A DNA stretch of 63,959 nucleotides, the filler included, from Theionarchaea archaeon (GTDB taxonomy: Archaea; Methanobacteriota_B; Thermococci; Methanofastidiosales; SZ-28-30): NCBI GenBank assembly GCA_018992565.1. It is 6 parts of 6 records of this genome, joined end to end, with 100 filler letters (N's around TTAATTAATTAA, not from the genome) between each part and the next. Parts side by side here need not be neighbours in the genome. Positions count along the whole stretch, not along the records: positions 7,285 to 37,040 come from JACVGW010000025.1; 5 more parts are not named here. One strand, 5' to 3'. Made by a program: the position numbers and the translations under genes. Position 1 is the stretch's first letter. The number at the start of each line of letters is the position of its first letter. A model generated the notes under the pieces. It searched no databases. It saw only the letters and a program-made list of their open reading frames with translations, and was not told where the DNA came from. Positions 11,105-22,091 of the stretch are shown one piece after another.

Positions 11105-11435
11105 AGTGTTCACCTCCCTGGCAGATGTTTTTCAGTTTATAAAGGTATGGCCCATAAAGTATAAGTTCAAGAGGATAAGAGACCCTGAATTAACGGAAAA
11201 CCTGTTGTGGAATCCTGGTTTGAAGCAGTGGGCACGTTTTGTCGTGCGATTTCTATCAGGAAGCCCCTGTGTGGGCATGCAGATCTTTTCCCCATGTGAC
11301 TGCTGACTTTCTTGTCTTCTTATAGCTATATTTAAAACTGTTCCGGATTTCAAACTGATTTTAGAGGCCTTGTATCACCCTCGGTCATTTACAGTGACGA
11401 AAGGTTTATAAATGCTCTCTGTCAAAGAGAATACA

Positions 11436-11924
11436 ATGTTGCACGCATTGCTCATTGGAGGAGTTGTTGCGTGTGTACTGGGTGTGAAAGTACTCTACAG
11501 AGAAAATGGAACCACATTCCGGATGAGATACGCATATCTCCTTAGAAAGAGAAAGGCAGCCTATGATGCCTTTGAAAAACTGACCTCCGGGTATGAGGGA
11601 CTGTGTGTATGTCGGGCGCCTCCCAATGGGAAAACCTATCAGAATACCCTCATTCTGGATGAAAATGGTATATCGTCACATGATTTGGAGAAACTTCTTC
11701 ATTTCATTAATGGATTCGTGAAACCTGGAAACAGGGTGGTGCTCCTGGATTGCCTTGACTATTTTATTGAGGAGAATGACTTTGAAGAGGCAGTGAGATT
11801 CCTTCACTCACTGAAGGATCAAATAGCCCTCAACCAAAGCATACTGCTGGCCACTCTGGACCTTGGCAAGTACCACAAGAGAGAGCAGAGCTTCATTAAG
11901 AGAGAGATGGACAGGATCATGTAA
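11436..11924 (+). CDS. DUF835-like protein (inactive KaiC/RecA-like fold)
   Basis: VVLLDCLDYFIEENDF...FLHSLKDQI pattern. Confidence 0.7.
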   Translation: MLHALLIGGVVACVLGVKVLYRENGTTFRMRYAYLLRKRKAAYDAFEKLTSGYEGLCVCRAPPNGKTYQNTLILDENGISSHDLEKLLHFINGFVKPGNRVVLLDCLDYFIEENDFEEAVRFLHSLKDQIALNQSILLATLDLGKYHKREQSFIKREMDRIM

Positions 11925-12285
11925 GAACGATATACTCTCTCCTGATGAGTTCTTCAATGTTCTCCTTTCCGAATCGCTTAACCATAGTTGCCGCTGGCAC
12001 AGGTTCATGTTCTCTCAAGTGTTTTATCGCTTCTATCTGCTGGGCTGACATGTGAGTGAAGTCTCTGAGATATTCCAGTGATCGTTCTTTACCAGCAATG
12101 GAGAGCGTACACAGGGTCTTCTCTCTGGGCTGGTAGCCCTTCATCCTGAACAGGAGATGACTGATAGCAGCATATGCAACGATTGCAGCTATAATGAGAA
12201 CGATATACAGTGGGTGGGCAGTGAAAAAGTCGAAAATACCTGTCAGTGTGTCCACAACTGTGTCGATAAAAGATTGGATATCCAT
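11917..12285 (-). CDS. Hypothetical membrane protein
   Basis: Clean ORF with one TM segment; upstream TATA-like element. Confidence 0.6.
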   Translation of the reverse strand: MDIQSFIDTVVDTLTGIFDFFTAHPLYIVLIIAAIVAYAAISHLLFRMKGYQPREKTLCTLSIAGKERSLEYLRDFTHMSAQQIEAIKHLREHEPVPAATMVKRFGKENIEELIRREYIVLT

Positions 12286-12425
12286 ACCATCATCAGGGAA
12301 TCCAGAGATATAAAGGTTTCGAAAGCGGGAGGGATAAGAATCCTGGTTGCAGTACACAGGAAATGAGAGGAGAGGTCTTCTTCCTGACATTCAGGAGAGA
12401 GTGATGCTCACCTGCCTGCTGTCTG

Positions 12426-13073
12426 TTAGACGAATACCTTGACGATAACATCTTCTCCCTCATTGAGACCCAATTTCTGTCGTAAGTACACAGGAGCGAT
12501 GATTTCAATGACATTCTTGGGATGGTGGGTCCTCAAGGGAGAGAGAATGGCACCCTGCACTCCGTCGATGGACACCAGATAGCACTTGACAGCGCCGAAG
12601 GTTCTTCCTTCATCTTGAAATCCCTCTATCTTGACATAGGGGCAGTTGTCCAGCATTTCTCTCACCACCAGATCATGTTCTCGTTCAAGGAGAAGGTTCA
12701 ATGTTCCCGGGAAAGGGCGGAACCCCAGTTTCTCCTCAAATTGATCTGTATATCCCTTTCGAGAGATGTAGTAATGGCCCTCCCCCATTCCAGATACCAA
12801 CTGTCCTTTGACTGTCACAGCCTCGCGCTCCTCAAAAATGCCACGCAGCTGGATATAGAACTCTCTGAGCAGGGTTAGCCCTTTTCTGGTCAGCCTGATT
12901 CTCTGTCCCTTAATAGTTCTCTGCCTCTTAATGAGTCCCTTTTTTTCCAGGTCAATGAGTTTCCGTGAGGCAGTCTGTTGAGAGCAGCCCAGTAACTGTC
13001 CTATCTTATGAGTGGTAATTGTTATTCCTTTTGGTCCATTGAGCTTTGCCAGCTCCATGAGGATTTCCAACAT
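12426..13073 (-). CDS. ribK: CTP-dependent riboflavin kinase with N-terminal winged HTH (RbkR-like)
   Basis: SQQTASRKL HTH; GQLVSGMGEGHYY, FPGTLNL, EIIAPVYLR. Confidence 0.93.
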   Translation of the reverse strand: MLEILMELAKLNGPKGITITTHKIGQLLGCSQQTASRKLIDLEKKGLIKRQRTIKGQRIRLTRKGLTLLREFYIQLRGIFEEREAVTVKGQLVSGMGEGHYYISRKGYTDQFEEKLGFRPFPGTLNLLLEREHDLVVREMLDNCPYVKIEGFQDEGRTFGAVKCYLVSIDGVQGAILSPLRTHHPKNVIEIIAPVYLRQKLGLNEGEDVIVKVFV

Positions 13074-13433
13074 GGTGATACCCAATTATGAGTATATATA
13101 AAGATTCTGGATAGAGTGGGTGCGACTGTCTCTACAGACTTCTCCTTTGGAGTGGGTGGGTTCAGAATAGAGCAGGTTCAGTCCCTGCAGTCTCCAATAG
13201 TGAGAGAGAAGAAAGGGAGGAGAGACATGAGAGTTCTGCTTCAGTGGATTTATCCTGCAGAAACATTCAAGAGTGATAGATGCAAGGTAGTACATGGTAT
13301 ATTTGAGAATGATCTCCTTGTCAGTTGTGCACTGTGAGATGTTCCTGCAGATTCGGAAGTGGGATTATTCACAGGTGGAACCCTGGACAGAGGAGCATCA
13401 CAGAACCCGAGACATGTCACAGAGAGTGATACT

Positions 13434-14303
13434 ATGATGATGAACCCTCTTATGATATCTTCACAGGATGAGTATCCTCATGCGCCTTTTGAGAACCCAC
13501 AATGGAGAGAAGGCTATCACTTCAACGCATATGATGAAGATTGCAGAAAGGCCCTGTCCATCAGCATTGGAATCCGTCCCGCCCTGGGGATCAGAGAAGA
13601 AGTGATCTCTCTGCATGGAGACCTTCGCCTGGTGTACGTGGGTGCCAGTACGCTTAAAGAGAACCCACTTGCCTCAGGGACATTCAACATGGAGCCTGTG
13701 GATCCTCTACGATCCTGGAACATTCATATCAATGACTCTTTCCACGACGTGGGGGGAGGCTCCGCAGATTCTCTGCAACAGATGAAGGTTGAGGTAGCGT
13801 TTGAATCAGGAGAGCCTGTCCTTGGGTATTCGACAGATAGAGGAGACCGCTATGAGCAGCCTGGATCTCTTTCAGGAGACATCCACCTGGGACATGAGGA
13901 CATTCCTTTCCGTGGAAGAGGAATGAGAGACCATTCGTGGGAGGTCAGGGACATGTCTGTGTGGAAGGAATGGTATTCACTGATGAGTTGTGCCCCTGGT
14001 ATCACGATGTTCCTCAGCCTATTCAAGAGTGACAGTACTACAACCTGGGAAGGATGGCTGAAAGAAAAAGACTACTCTTATGTGAAGACCCTTGATATGG
14101 TACCGACATTTTCCTCAGGACAGCTCACGCAGTGTCAGGTACAGGCAGGAACTTCAGAAACACAGGTGGATGTTCTCTCTACAGTGCTCTCGCATATCTT
14201 TTTGTCCACAGGAAAACCAGAGTCAACCCTGGAAGAGACTCTGGTCCAGGTGGATGGAGGGTATGGGGTCCTGTGGCACGGGCGAACGCATCTCGTGGAC
14301 TAG
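13434..14303 (+). CDS. Hypothetical protein, probable AttH/lipocalin-like beta-barrel
   Basis: WREGYHFN, RYEQPG, GRGMRDHSW motifs. Confidence 0.55.
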   Translation: MMMNPLMISSQDEYPHAPFENPQWREGYHFNAYDEDCRKALSISIGIRPALGIREEVISLHGDLRLVYVGASTLKENPLASGTFNMEPVDPLRSWNIHINDSFHDVGGGSADSLQQMKVEVAFESGEPVLGYSTDRGDRYEQPGSLSGDIHLGHEDIPFRGRGMRDHSWEVRDMSVWKEWYSLMSCAPGITMFLSLFKSDSTTTWEGWLKEKDYSYVKTLDMVPTFSSGQLTQCQVQAGTSETQVDVLSTVLSHIFLSTGKPESTLEETLVQVDGGYGVLWHGRTHLVD

Positions 14304-14409
14304 CAGGAACAGGAGGCATACAATGCTGTCCCGGGACACGGTGTAACCACAGCCAGAGCAGCACCTCTCACCATCTCAAGGCTTAAAAAGATGGCTACAA
14401 AGAACTGTC

Positions 14410-14901
14410 ATGAATACAGGTACTGTACTGGTGGATGGCATCCCCCTCTCTGTTGTCATGAACGGGAAAATCAAGAAGATTCTCATAGGGGTCCTTCCGG
14501 AGGGTCATCCGTTGACCCCTTCAGAAGAGGCGCAAGGTCTTGCTGAGAGGTTGAAGGCATGGGTTGAGAAAGGAGAAGTCTTCTCTTACCCCTTTGAGGT
14601 TTCAGGGACTCCTTTCCAGCAGGCTGTCTATGAAGCAATCCAAAAAATACCCCGGGGTAAAGTATCTACCTACAAGGGAGTGGCAGAAAAGATAGGGAGT
14701 AGAGCCTTCAGAGCTGTAGGACAGGCGCTGCACTCCAATCCTGTCCCTTTCCTGGTGCCCTGCCACAGAGTCATTGGCTCAGACCGCACCTTGACTGGGT
14801 TTGGAGGTGGGGTGGATCTCAAAAAAAGGATACTGGAACATGAAGGAGTGGAGTTTGAGGGTGGAAAAGTCAAGAAAGCCTACATACTGAAGACATTCTA
14901 G
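14410..14901 (+). CDS. ogt: Methylated-DNA--protein-cysteine methyltransferase
   Basis: GTPFQQAV, IPRGKVSTY, RAVGQA, VPCHRV active site. Confidence 0.95.
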   Translation: MNTGTVLVDGIPLSVVMNGKIKKILIGVLPEGHPLTPSEEAQGLAERLKAWVEKGEVFSYPFEVSGTPFQQAVYEAIQKIPRGKVSTYKGVAEKIGSRAFRAVGQALHSNPVPFLVPCHRVIGSDRTLTGFGGGVDLKKRILEHEGVEFEGGKVKKAYILKTF

Positions 14902-14993
14902 ATAACCGGTCGATATAAGGGTGGGCTCTCAGACCCGATGGCAAATTTGAGAGTCCCGGGCCGCAGGATTGATTCAGTTCCTGCATCTGGAGG

Positions 14994-15383
14994 TCAGGCC
15001 ATTTTCTTGGTAATGTCTATAGCTCCACCACACTGTTCACACTTTATGCGCAATGTTTCAACGCCCTTAATTTTCTTTCTCTTGTAAGGAGCAGTTGTTT
15101 CTCCCTGGGCTCCGCAGTGAGGGCAGGTATATCTGATCTCTGCAGTGAGAGTCTCCTCATACTGCTTCTTGTCCATGGTAAACCCACAGTCTGGACATAC
15201 ATACGTTCTTGCGCGAACTTTAATGTCGCCTGTTTTTTCGTTCCGGGGTTTTCCCATCAATCCCTTTCCGCACTTGGGGCATTCTCTCCTCCTCACCCAG
15301 CATGTAATCTTTCCTCCCTCTTCAAGCTCCCTGTTCGTGAAATACACCAACTCCTCCATACTGTCCGGGTCCTGTAAAGCCAT
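14994..15383 (-). CDS. Small multi-zinc-ribbon protein
   Basis: Four CxxC pairs (CPKC, CPDC, CPHC, CEQC); GAGGTG RBS. Confidence 0.75.
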   Translation of the reverse strand: MALQDPDSMEELVYFTNRELEEGGKITCWVRRRECPKCGKGLMGKPRNEKTGDIKVRARTYVCPDCGFTMDKKQYEETLTAEIRYTCPHCGAQGETTAPYKRKKIKGVETLRIKCEQCGGAIDITKKMA

Positions 15384-15737
15384 TTCATAACACCTCTTTT
15401 TCGGCTGCAGCAGGGTAACTCCTGCTGATGCGCTCGCCTGTAGTGTTCCTTTTTTTCCACACTTTATTAATCTTTTCTTTGTTTTTTCTCTTCTCTTTCT
15501 ATGGGAAGGAATGCACTGGTTGATATCACATGCCAGCAGATACCTTACTGGTATCCCACTAGTGTCATTCAGTTCACGGTGGATAACTATTTAGATCCTG
15601 GAAGATTTTGATGAAAGACTGAAGACTCTTGGTATTTATGATTTTCTGCATCAAGTGGGGGCTACACTGATGATTTAGAGAGAAGATCGGAGCCAGGAAT
15701 TCGAAATATTTAAGTAGTCAGAACAAGAAGAGTGTTC

Positions 15738-16562
15738 ATGTTCATTGTAGGGACATTATATCGTCGCCAGAGTCTACATGAGACATTTGGGGGACAGAAA
15801 CAAGGTGGAATCAGCACTCCTTCGAATCGAAGTCTAGTTTTTCTCTTTTCTTCTCCACGAGCAAGGGAGTTTGGATATGAAGATGGCTGGTCTGAGGAAG
15901 AAGGAGTCTATCTTTATACTGGAGAAGGGCAGCGTGGGGATATGGCCTTTACTCGAGGCAATGCTGCTATTCGAGATCATCAGGACGAAGGAAGAGATTT
16001 ACACCTCTTCGAAGCATCTTCCAAGAAGGGGTTCTACAGATATATTGGTCAGATGCTCTGCATTGGGTATCATGAGCGACAAGGGAAAGACATCACAGGA
16101 AAGGAACGGTCAAAGATTGTTTTTGAATTAATCTCCATTGATACATGTACCGAGGAAATGAATACTGAAATTGAGGAAACCCTCTGGCAAGGGTCTTTAC
16201 AGAACCTTAGAAATCGCGCATTGTCATTTTCCTTCCCTTTAACAGTTAAGCAAAGGCAAATCGAAATATACAATAGAAGCCAAGCAGTCAGAATTTACGC
16301 ATTGAAAAGAGCCAATGGAACCTGCGAGGGATGCGGAAAGAAGGCTCCTTTCCTCAAAGAAGATGGAACCCCGTATTTGGAGGTACATCATCTAAATCGT
16401 CTGTCAGATGGCGGTCCAGATCATCCGAACTCAGTTATTGCATTGTGTCCAAACTGCCATCGGCAAGCCCACTACTCTATCGATAGAACCCTCTTCAATG
16501 CTAGACTAAAGAGAATAGTAGCTGATATCGAAGAGAAATCGATTCGATCTCCTGAAGGATGA
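15738..16562 (+). CDS. SRA-like + HNH endonuclease (candidate type IV modification-dependent restriction enzyme)
   Basis: GGQKQGGISTP...GYEDGW...YLYTGEGQRGDM N-domain; CEGC...LEVHH...GGPD...CPNCH HNH domain. Confidence 0.82.
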   Translation: MFIVGTLYRRQSLHETFGGQKQGGISTPSNRSLVFLFSSPRAREFGYEDGWSEEEGVYLYTGEGQRGDMAFTRGNAAIRDHQDEGRDLHLFEASSKKGFYRYIGQMLCIGYHERQGKDITGKERSKIVFELISIDTCTEEMNTEIEETLWQGSLQNLRNRALSFSFPLTVKQRQIEIYNRSQAVRIYALKRANGTCEGCGKKAPFLKEDGTPYLEVHHLNRLSDGGPDHPNSVIALCPNCHRQAHYSIDRTLFNARLKRIVADIEEKSIRSPEG

Positions 16563-16606
16563 TCAACAGGATGTGCAGGTCACAGACAACTGCAAGAGGC
16601 GCACGA

Positions 16607-18004
16607 TTACGGATACACTACCTTTCCACCCACAATGGTCATTTCAACGTGTATAGATGAGATGTCTGCTTCTCTGGGATCATCTGACAGTACTACAAAG
16701 TCAGCCACTTTTCCCTCCTCTATAGTCCCCTTTATATCCTCCTCAAAAGAAGCATACGCCCCCTCCCGCGTGTACATGGCCAGAGCCTCCATCACTGTCA
16801 GTCTCTGCTCCTCAAAAGGTGCTCGTACTGCCTGTTCAATGCCGTAGAGGGGAGAGAAAGGCATACAATCTGATCCAAATACAATGGGAATTTTCGCCTC
16901 TCTGAGTGTTCTCATCCTATTATCCATTCCGGTGCCGAAGCGATCATCATATAGCCCCCCTGGATGCGACCACTGGAAGAAATTGGGCTGCATGGAAAGA
17001 AGCAATCCCTTCTCCTTAATCCGAGGTATCTGATCATCTCGTACCAGTTCTGCATGCTCAATACGATTCCGGCTTTCCTTTCCAGGCACTGAACATGCTA
17101 TAACCTGTTCAATGGCTCTGTCTCCAATAGCATGAACAACAGTCTGGTTCGGATGCGCTTTCTGTAAAATAGAGGCCAATTCTTCATTTGAGTATACCAG
17201 GAGCCCCTTGTTGTCCTCATTTCTATAAGAGAAGGACAGTGCTGCCGTTTTTGCCCCAATAGACCCGTCAGTGAATATCTTGATTCCTCCCACCCGCAGC
17301 CATTCATTGCCGAATCCGGTCCTCAACTTAATCTGATTCACAGCATCAAGGACTGAAACGGGGAGGTTAACAGAGATGCGCAGCTCTTCACACCTCATCT
17401 TCTGATAGAGCAGAAAGGTTCCAATATCCATGGGGTTATCATGAATCGAGGTGACACCTTCTTTGTGGGCCAGAGCAAGGGCAGTCCTGAAGGCCTTCTC
17501 CGTATCCTGCTCCGCTTTTGTTTCATTGAGACGGAAGAGTTCCTCTTCAAAGAGATAACCCTCTTTTCTGTTGAGTGCCTTCTGTCCTGCAAGATTGAGG
17601 ACAGCTACGTGCCCGTCCACCCGCCTGGCACACACAGGATTCTCAATTCCTGCCAGGTCCTCAGGGGACAGCCAGCGTCTCTCAGGCCACATGCTTTCGT
17701 CCCAGCTGTATCCCAGAACCCACTTGTGCTTTTCCGTTTCGGTGGCCCGCTTTTCCAGCCGCGAGACCGCTTCCTGCAGGTCCCTGGCGTCTGACAAATC
17801 CACATTGGCCAGTTTCATCCCCATGGATACAAAATGGGTGTGGCAGTCAATGAATCCAGGGATGAGGGTTCTCCCTTCCAGGTCAATTTCCTTTGCAGCA
17901 GGGACTTTCTCGAGGGTTTTGATTCTTCCGCTGCGCACAGCAACTGCTTTTGCGCTCTTATCTGTCATGGTGAGTATAGTCCCATTGTGAAGTACAAGGT
18001 CCAT
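16607..18004 (-). CDS. Amidohydrolase 3 family (YtcJ-like)
   Basis: PGFIDCHTH, KIFTDGSIGA, HAIGDRA, RIEHAE, FGSD. Confidence 0.9.
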   Translation of the reverse strand: MDLVLHNGTILTMTDKSAKAVAVRSGRIKTLEKVPAAKEIDLEGRTLIPGFIDCHTHFVSMGMKLANVDLSDARDLQEAVSRLEKRATETEKHKWVLGYSWDESMWPERRWLSPEDLAGIENPVCARRVDGHVAVLNLAGQKALNRKEGYLFEEELFRLNETKAEQDTEKAFRTALALAHKEGVTSIHDNPMDIGTFLLYQKMRCEELRISVNLPVSVLDAVNQIKLRTGFGNEWLRVGGIKIFTDGSIGAKTAALSFSYRNEDNKGLLVYSNEELASILQKAHPNQTVVHAIGDRAIEQVIACSVPGKESRNRIEHAELVRDDQIPRIKEKGLLLSMQPNFFQWSHPGGLYDDRFGTGMDNRMRTLREAKIPIVFGSDCMPFSPLYGIEQAVRAPFEEQRLTVMEALAMYTREGAYASFEEDIKGTIEEGKVADFVVLSDDPREADISSIHVEMTIVGGKVVYP

Positions 18005-18260
18005 AGGTGGACTCTGGCGTACAGGAGATAAAGGTTTGTATCATTCATCAGTAGAGGAATTTCTGTTCTTGTTGTAGCTGGCCCCAGTCAACAACCCTTC
18101 TCTAAGGGAGCTCTGCCACCAGGAAAGCTTCCATGGAGTTTTCACAGGTGGTCAGTAGATCCCGGATTGAATAGAAACCTTTGAATTATTACTATGCACG
18201 CATACAGAATTTGATTTGCTTTACCGAAGTATTTAAATAATAGTTAGGACTAGTCAGTGT

Positions 18261-18743
18261 ATGAACAACACGTCAGTCGGAATCTTGATAATTGGAATTG
18301 CCACACTGATAGGATTCATGATCTTCTCGTTTACGGAAGCCCTCTCAACGATTACCAACAGCATTTGCACTCATGGACCTGACTGCCCCATGTGGGATAC
18401 CATTGATTATCAGACCAATGTCAGCACTGGAATCATGGTTTTCGTAGCTGCACTGGGCCTGTATCTGACTTTTTCTGGGAAAGAACCCCCAGTCCCCCGT
18501 GAGTTCCTTGAGAATCCAGCCACCAAAGGCTACTCAGCAGTGATGAACACACTCAGTAGCGATGAAAGAGCTCTTCTCCAGAAGATTATAGACGCCCGGG
18601 GTGCACTCTTCCAGTCAGACCTGGTGGATGAAACGCAGTTCAACAAGTCGAAAGTCAGTAGACTCCTTGACAGGCTGGAGGGGAAAGCTCTTGTTGAGAG
18701 GAGAAGACGAGGAATGAGTAATATCATCATCCTGAGACACTAG
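18261..18743 (+). CDS. Membrane-anchored winged-helix protein
   Basis: Two TMs around CTHGPDCP; QSDLV...KSKVSRLLDRLE...RRRRGMSN. Confidence 0.75.
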   Translation: MNNTSVGILIIGIATLIGFMIFSFTEALSTITNSICTHGPDCPMWDTIDYQTNVSTGIMVFVAALGLYLTFSGKEPPVPREFLENPATKGYSAVMNTLSSDERALLQKIIDARGALFQSDLVDETQFNKSKVSRLLDRLEGKALVERRRRGMSNIIILRH

Positions 18744-18883
18744 GTGATTGTACAGGTGATGGGGTCTCCTGCGTTCATGTGCAGGTTCCTACCAGGTTTT
18801 TCTCCCCTCGCCCATGGCTCACATGAGGGGCTGCAACTAGTTTCACACAAGAATTCAAGAGCTGTTTCAGCAGCACGAGTCTC

Positions 18884-19765
18884 ATGAACCATGATGGACC
18901 ATTCGTCTCGCAGGTTATAACCATTAACGGCATGCACTGTGCTGAATGCAAGAAGTCAATTGAATCAAAGATCAGGTTGTGCAAAGGTGTGAAGAGTGTA
19001 GAGGTGAACTTGGCTGAGAACAGCGCGTTGATAGTATTTGATGCTGAAGAGACTACTCTGGATGTACTCAGGTCTGAAATAACTTCTCTGGGTTATTCTG
19101 TTGCCGGGGCAGATCATGAGAAGAGTGGAGCAGCAAGAGGGATCGTCTATGGATTGCTCCCCCATACAGGATGTATAGCTTTCATTGCAGCGTCAGTGAC
19201 TGGAGCAACAGCAGCCATGAACTTTCTCAGACCACTGCTGATGAACCCGTACTTCTTTCACCTCCTTGTGGTCATTTCGCTGGGAGCTGCAACCTTTTCT
19301 TCGATTCTGTATCTGAGAAAGAACGGTATTCTCTCCCTTTCAGGAATGAAGAGGAAGTGGAAATATCTCTCCATCATGTACTCATCCACTGCTGGTGTCA
19401 ACATTCTCTTCTTTATGATTGTCTTTCCGCTGCTGGCGCATGCTTCTATCACCGGGCAGGGAATTGGACCAAACAGTGACATTCAGGCTCTCTCTTCTGT
19501 GCGATTCAGTGTCGACATCCCATGTCCGGGTCATGCACCTCTCGTATCTGAGGAGCTGAGCTCACTTCCAGGTGTGATTGCCATACAGTTCGGATTTCCC
19601 CACTATTTTGATGTCGTCTACGACAGTACCAGAACGAGTACTCGGGAACTGCTCTCTCTGGAAGTGTTTAAGGTATATGAAGCTACAGTGGTGGATGGGT
19701 TACAGGATGGGGGGGATACACAGGAATCTGATGAAGACATAATGGAATCATGGTACAGCAACTGA
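18884..19765 (+). CDS. Heavy-metal-associated domain membrane protein
   Basis: GMHCAEC HMA domain, TM region with PHTGC, C-terminal HMA-like domain with CPGH. Confidence 0.8.
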   Translation: MNHDGPFVSQVITINGMHCAECKKSIESKIRLCKGVKSVEVNLAENSALIVFDAEETTLDVLRSEITSLGYSVAGADHEKSGAARGIVYGLLPHTGCIAFIAASVTGATAAMNFLRPLLMNPYFFHLLVVISLGAATFSSILYLRKNGILSLSGMKRKWKYLSIMYSSTAGVNILFFMIVFPLLAHASITGQGIGPNSDIQALSSVRFSVDIPCPGHAPLVSEELSSLPGVIAIQFGFPHYFDVVYDSTRTSTRELLSLEVFKVYEATVVDGLQDGGDTQESDEDIMESWYSN

Positions 19766-19801
19766 GGCTCACAAATAGAGTCTTTATAGAGAGGTGATGA
19801 A

Positions 19802-20290
19802 ATGGAACCTGTTACACAAAAGAAGAACCAGACCCCCAAAGCCCTGAAGTACCTTCTGGGCACAGTCATATGTGCGGGTGTGATACTGCTGGTATATATA
19901 CACCTGTTTGGATCACAGCTTTCACCTGTCACAGATGAATCAGTGAGAATTCCACTTTCCGAACTGTCGGAAGTCGCGCAATGGTATGAATACGATGCAG
20001 GAGGCGTAGTGGTGAAATACTTTGCGGTGAGAGCTGATGATGGGAGTTACAAGACGGGACTCGATGCATGTGACGTCTGCTATGAATCAGGAAAAGGATA
20101 CATTCAGGCAGGATCGTACATGATCTGCAACACCTGTGGAACCCGATATGAGATTTCTGGTCTCGGAACCAGGAATGTGAATCCTGGAGGATGCTGGCCA
20201 GGGTATCTGCCAAGTTACAGAGAGGGAGACTTCCTGATCATCAAATTGCAGGATTTAGAAGAGAGAGCGAACTTCGCCCGGCAGAATTAG
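19802..20290 (+). CDS. DUF2318-like membrane-anchored Fe-S/metal protein
   Basis: DACDVC...GY...CNTC...GGCWP. Confidence 0.82.
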   Translation: MEPVTQKKNQTPKALKYLLGTVICAGVILLVYIHLFGSQLSPVTDESVRIPLSELSEVAQWYEYDAGGVVVKYFAVRADDGSYKTGLDACDVCYESGKGYIQAGSYMICNTCGTRYEISGLGTRNVNPGGCWPGYLPSYREGDFLIIKLQDLEERANFARQN

Positions 20291-20323
20291 GAAAAGGATA
20301 AGAGAAGAAAAAAATAGAGGACT

Positions 20324-21931
20324 TTAATCAAAGTCTTCAGGTCCGCCTCCACCTGGAGGTCCTCTGCCGCCCTTCAGTTCTGAAGCAGCAATAATGTCGT
20401 CAATCCTGAGGATCATGACTGCAGCTTCGGAGGCTGACTTTATGGCCTGCTCTTTGACCTTTCGAGGCTCCAGCACTCCCTCACTGTACATGTCAGCAAT
20501 GTCTCCCTTGAAAACATCCAGGCCGTAGGTTTCTCCTCCCTTTTTGCCGTGCTGTGTTCTCAATTTGACGATCATGTCCACAGGATCCAGTCCTGCATTT
20601 TCGGACAGACTTCGGGGAATTACTTCCATTGCCTCAGCAAACGCTTTGATAGCCAGCTGTTCTCTTCCGCCCACTGAATCAGCATACTCAGCCAGGTTCT
20701 TTTCAAGTTCCATCTCAGCTGCTCCGCCCCCGGCCATGACTCGCGGGTCTTTGGCAACAGCAGCAACCACACTGACAGCATCATGCATGGATCTCTCCAG
20801 GTCCTCTACCACATGCTTCGTGCCTCCACGCAGCAGGACGGTGATTGCCTTGGGGTTAACGCACTTCTCCACAAAGATGAGTTCATCCTTTGCAATCTTT
20901 CGTTCTTCTACCAGGCCTGCCTTGCCCAGGTCTTTCCCGGTTAATTCGTTGACATTGGTGACGACTCTGCTTCCTGTGGCCTTGGCCAGCTTCTCCATAT
21001 CGCTCTTCTTGACTCTTCGCGCTGCCAGGATACCATTCTTGGCAAGATAGTGCTGGGCCAGATCGTCAATGCCTTTCTGGCAGAAGACGACGTTGGCTCC
21101 AGATGCCGCAATCTTGTCAGCCATCTCCTTGAGTATTTTCTCTTCCTGGTCCAGAAACATCTGCAGCTGGTCCGGGCTTGAAATATTAATCTTGGCGTCA
21201 GTCTCTGTCTTTTCCACTTCGATTGCTGCATTAATCAGAGCAATCTTTGCGTTCTCCACCTTCTTGGGCATGCCTGCGTGGACGACTTCCTTGTCAATGG
21301 TGATTCCTTCTATGATCTCAGAATCCTCAAGGCTCCCGCCTTCTTTCTTCTCCAGTTTGATGTCCTCAAGGTTCACTTTTCCGTTCTGTTCCACAGCTTT
21401 CACAGCTTTCACAGCCATCTCAGCCAGGTAGTCTCTTCCCACTTCGGCGCCCTTTCCTGTCAGGGTTGTTACAGCGACTTTCTTGTAGTCTGCATCAGTG
21501 GCCTTGATAGATATCTTGTCCAGGATTTCCTCAGCCTTATCAGCAGCCAGTCTGTACCCTTTGGCTATGACAGTGGCGTGAATCTTCTGGTCCAGGAGTT
21601 CCTCTGCTTTCTTCAGCAGTTCACCAGCCAGAATAGCAGCACTGGTGGTCCCGTCACCCACTTCATTGTCCACAGTCTTGGCCACTTCCACAATCATCTT
21701 GGCCGCAGGATGAGCTATATCCATCTCGTCCAGAATAGTGGCTCCATCATTGGTGATGACCACATCACCCAGTGAATCTACAAGCATTTTGTCCATTCCC
21801 TTGGGTCCCAGTGTGGTTCGCACCGTTTCTGCCACGATTCTGCCTGCCAGAATGTTTATTCTCTGCGCGTCTCTGGCCACAATACGTTGTGTGCCTTCTT
21901 TCATTATTTCGCCTTGTCGAATATCAGCCAT
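20324..21931 (-). CDS. ths: Thermosome (group II chaperonin) subunit
   Basis: [37 protein letters not shown]. Confidence 0.97.
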   Translation of the reverse strand: MADIRQGEIMKEGTQRIVARDAQRINILAGRIVAETVRTTLGPKGMDKMLVDSLGDVVITNDGATILDEMDIAHPAAKMIVEVAKTVDNEVGDGTTSAAILAGELLKKAEELLDQKIHATVIAKGYRLAADKAEEILDKISIKATDADYKKVAVTTLTGKGAEVGRDYLAEMAVKAVKAVEQNGKVNLEDIKLEKKEGGSLEDSEIIEGITIDKEVVHAGMPKKVENAKIALINAAIEVEKTETDAKINISSPDQLQMFLDQEEKILKEMADKIAASGANVVFCQKGIDDLAQHYLAKNGILAARRVKKSDMEKLAKATGSRVVTNVNELTGKDLGKAGLVEERKIAKDELIFVEKCVNPKAITVLLRGGTKHVVEDLERSMHDAVSVVAAVAKDPRVMAGGGAAEMELEKNLAEYADSVGGREQLAIKAFAEAMEVIPRSLSENAGLDPVDMIVKLRTQHGKKGGETYGLDVFKGDIADMYSEGVLEPRKVKEQAIKSASEAAVMILRIDDIIAASELKGGRGPPGGGGPEDFD

Positions 21932-22091
21932 TTTTTATCACCTCTAAAATGTCGTAAAATCGATTACCTTTACTTGTCGTTAGGGTAAGTTATTTATAAA
22001 TCTTTCGGTTCCCCTCTGGTGCTGTTCAGTATGTTCAGTACTATCTCTCTTCTTACTCTGTGGTAGAAATAACTTCGTAAGCCTGCAATCT

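Noticed and set aside
13116..13337. 73-aa ORF between ribK and the beta-barrel gene (also 1376-1597)
   Set aside because: No motif, RBS or recognisable homology; insufficient support
14923..14957. Imperfect inverted repeat between convergent ogt and zinc-ribbon genes
   Set aside because: Single weak hairpin, at most a terminator; no evidence of a mobile element or ncRNA
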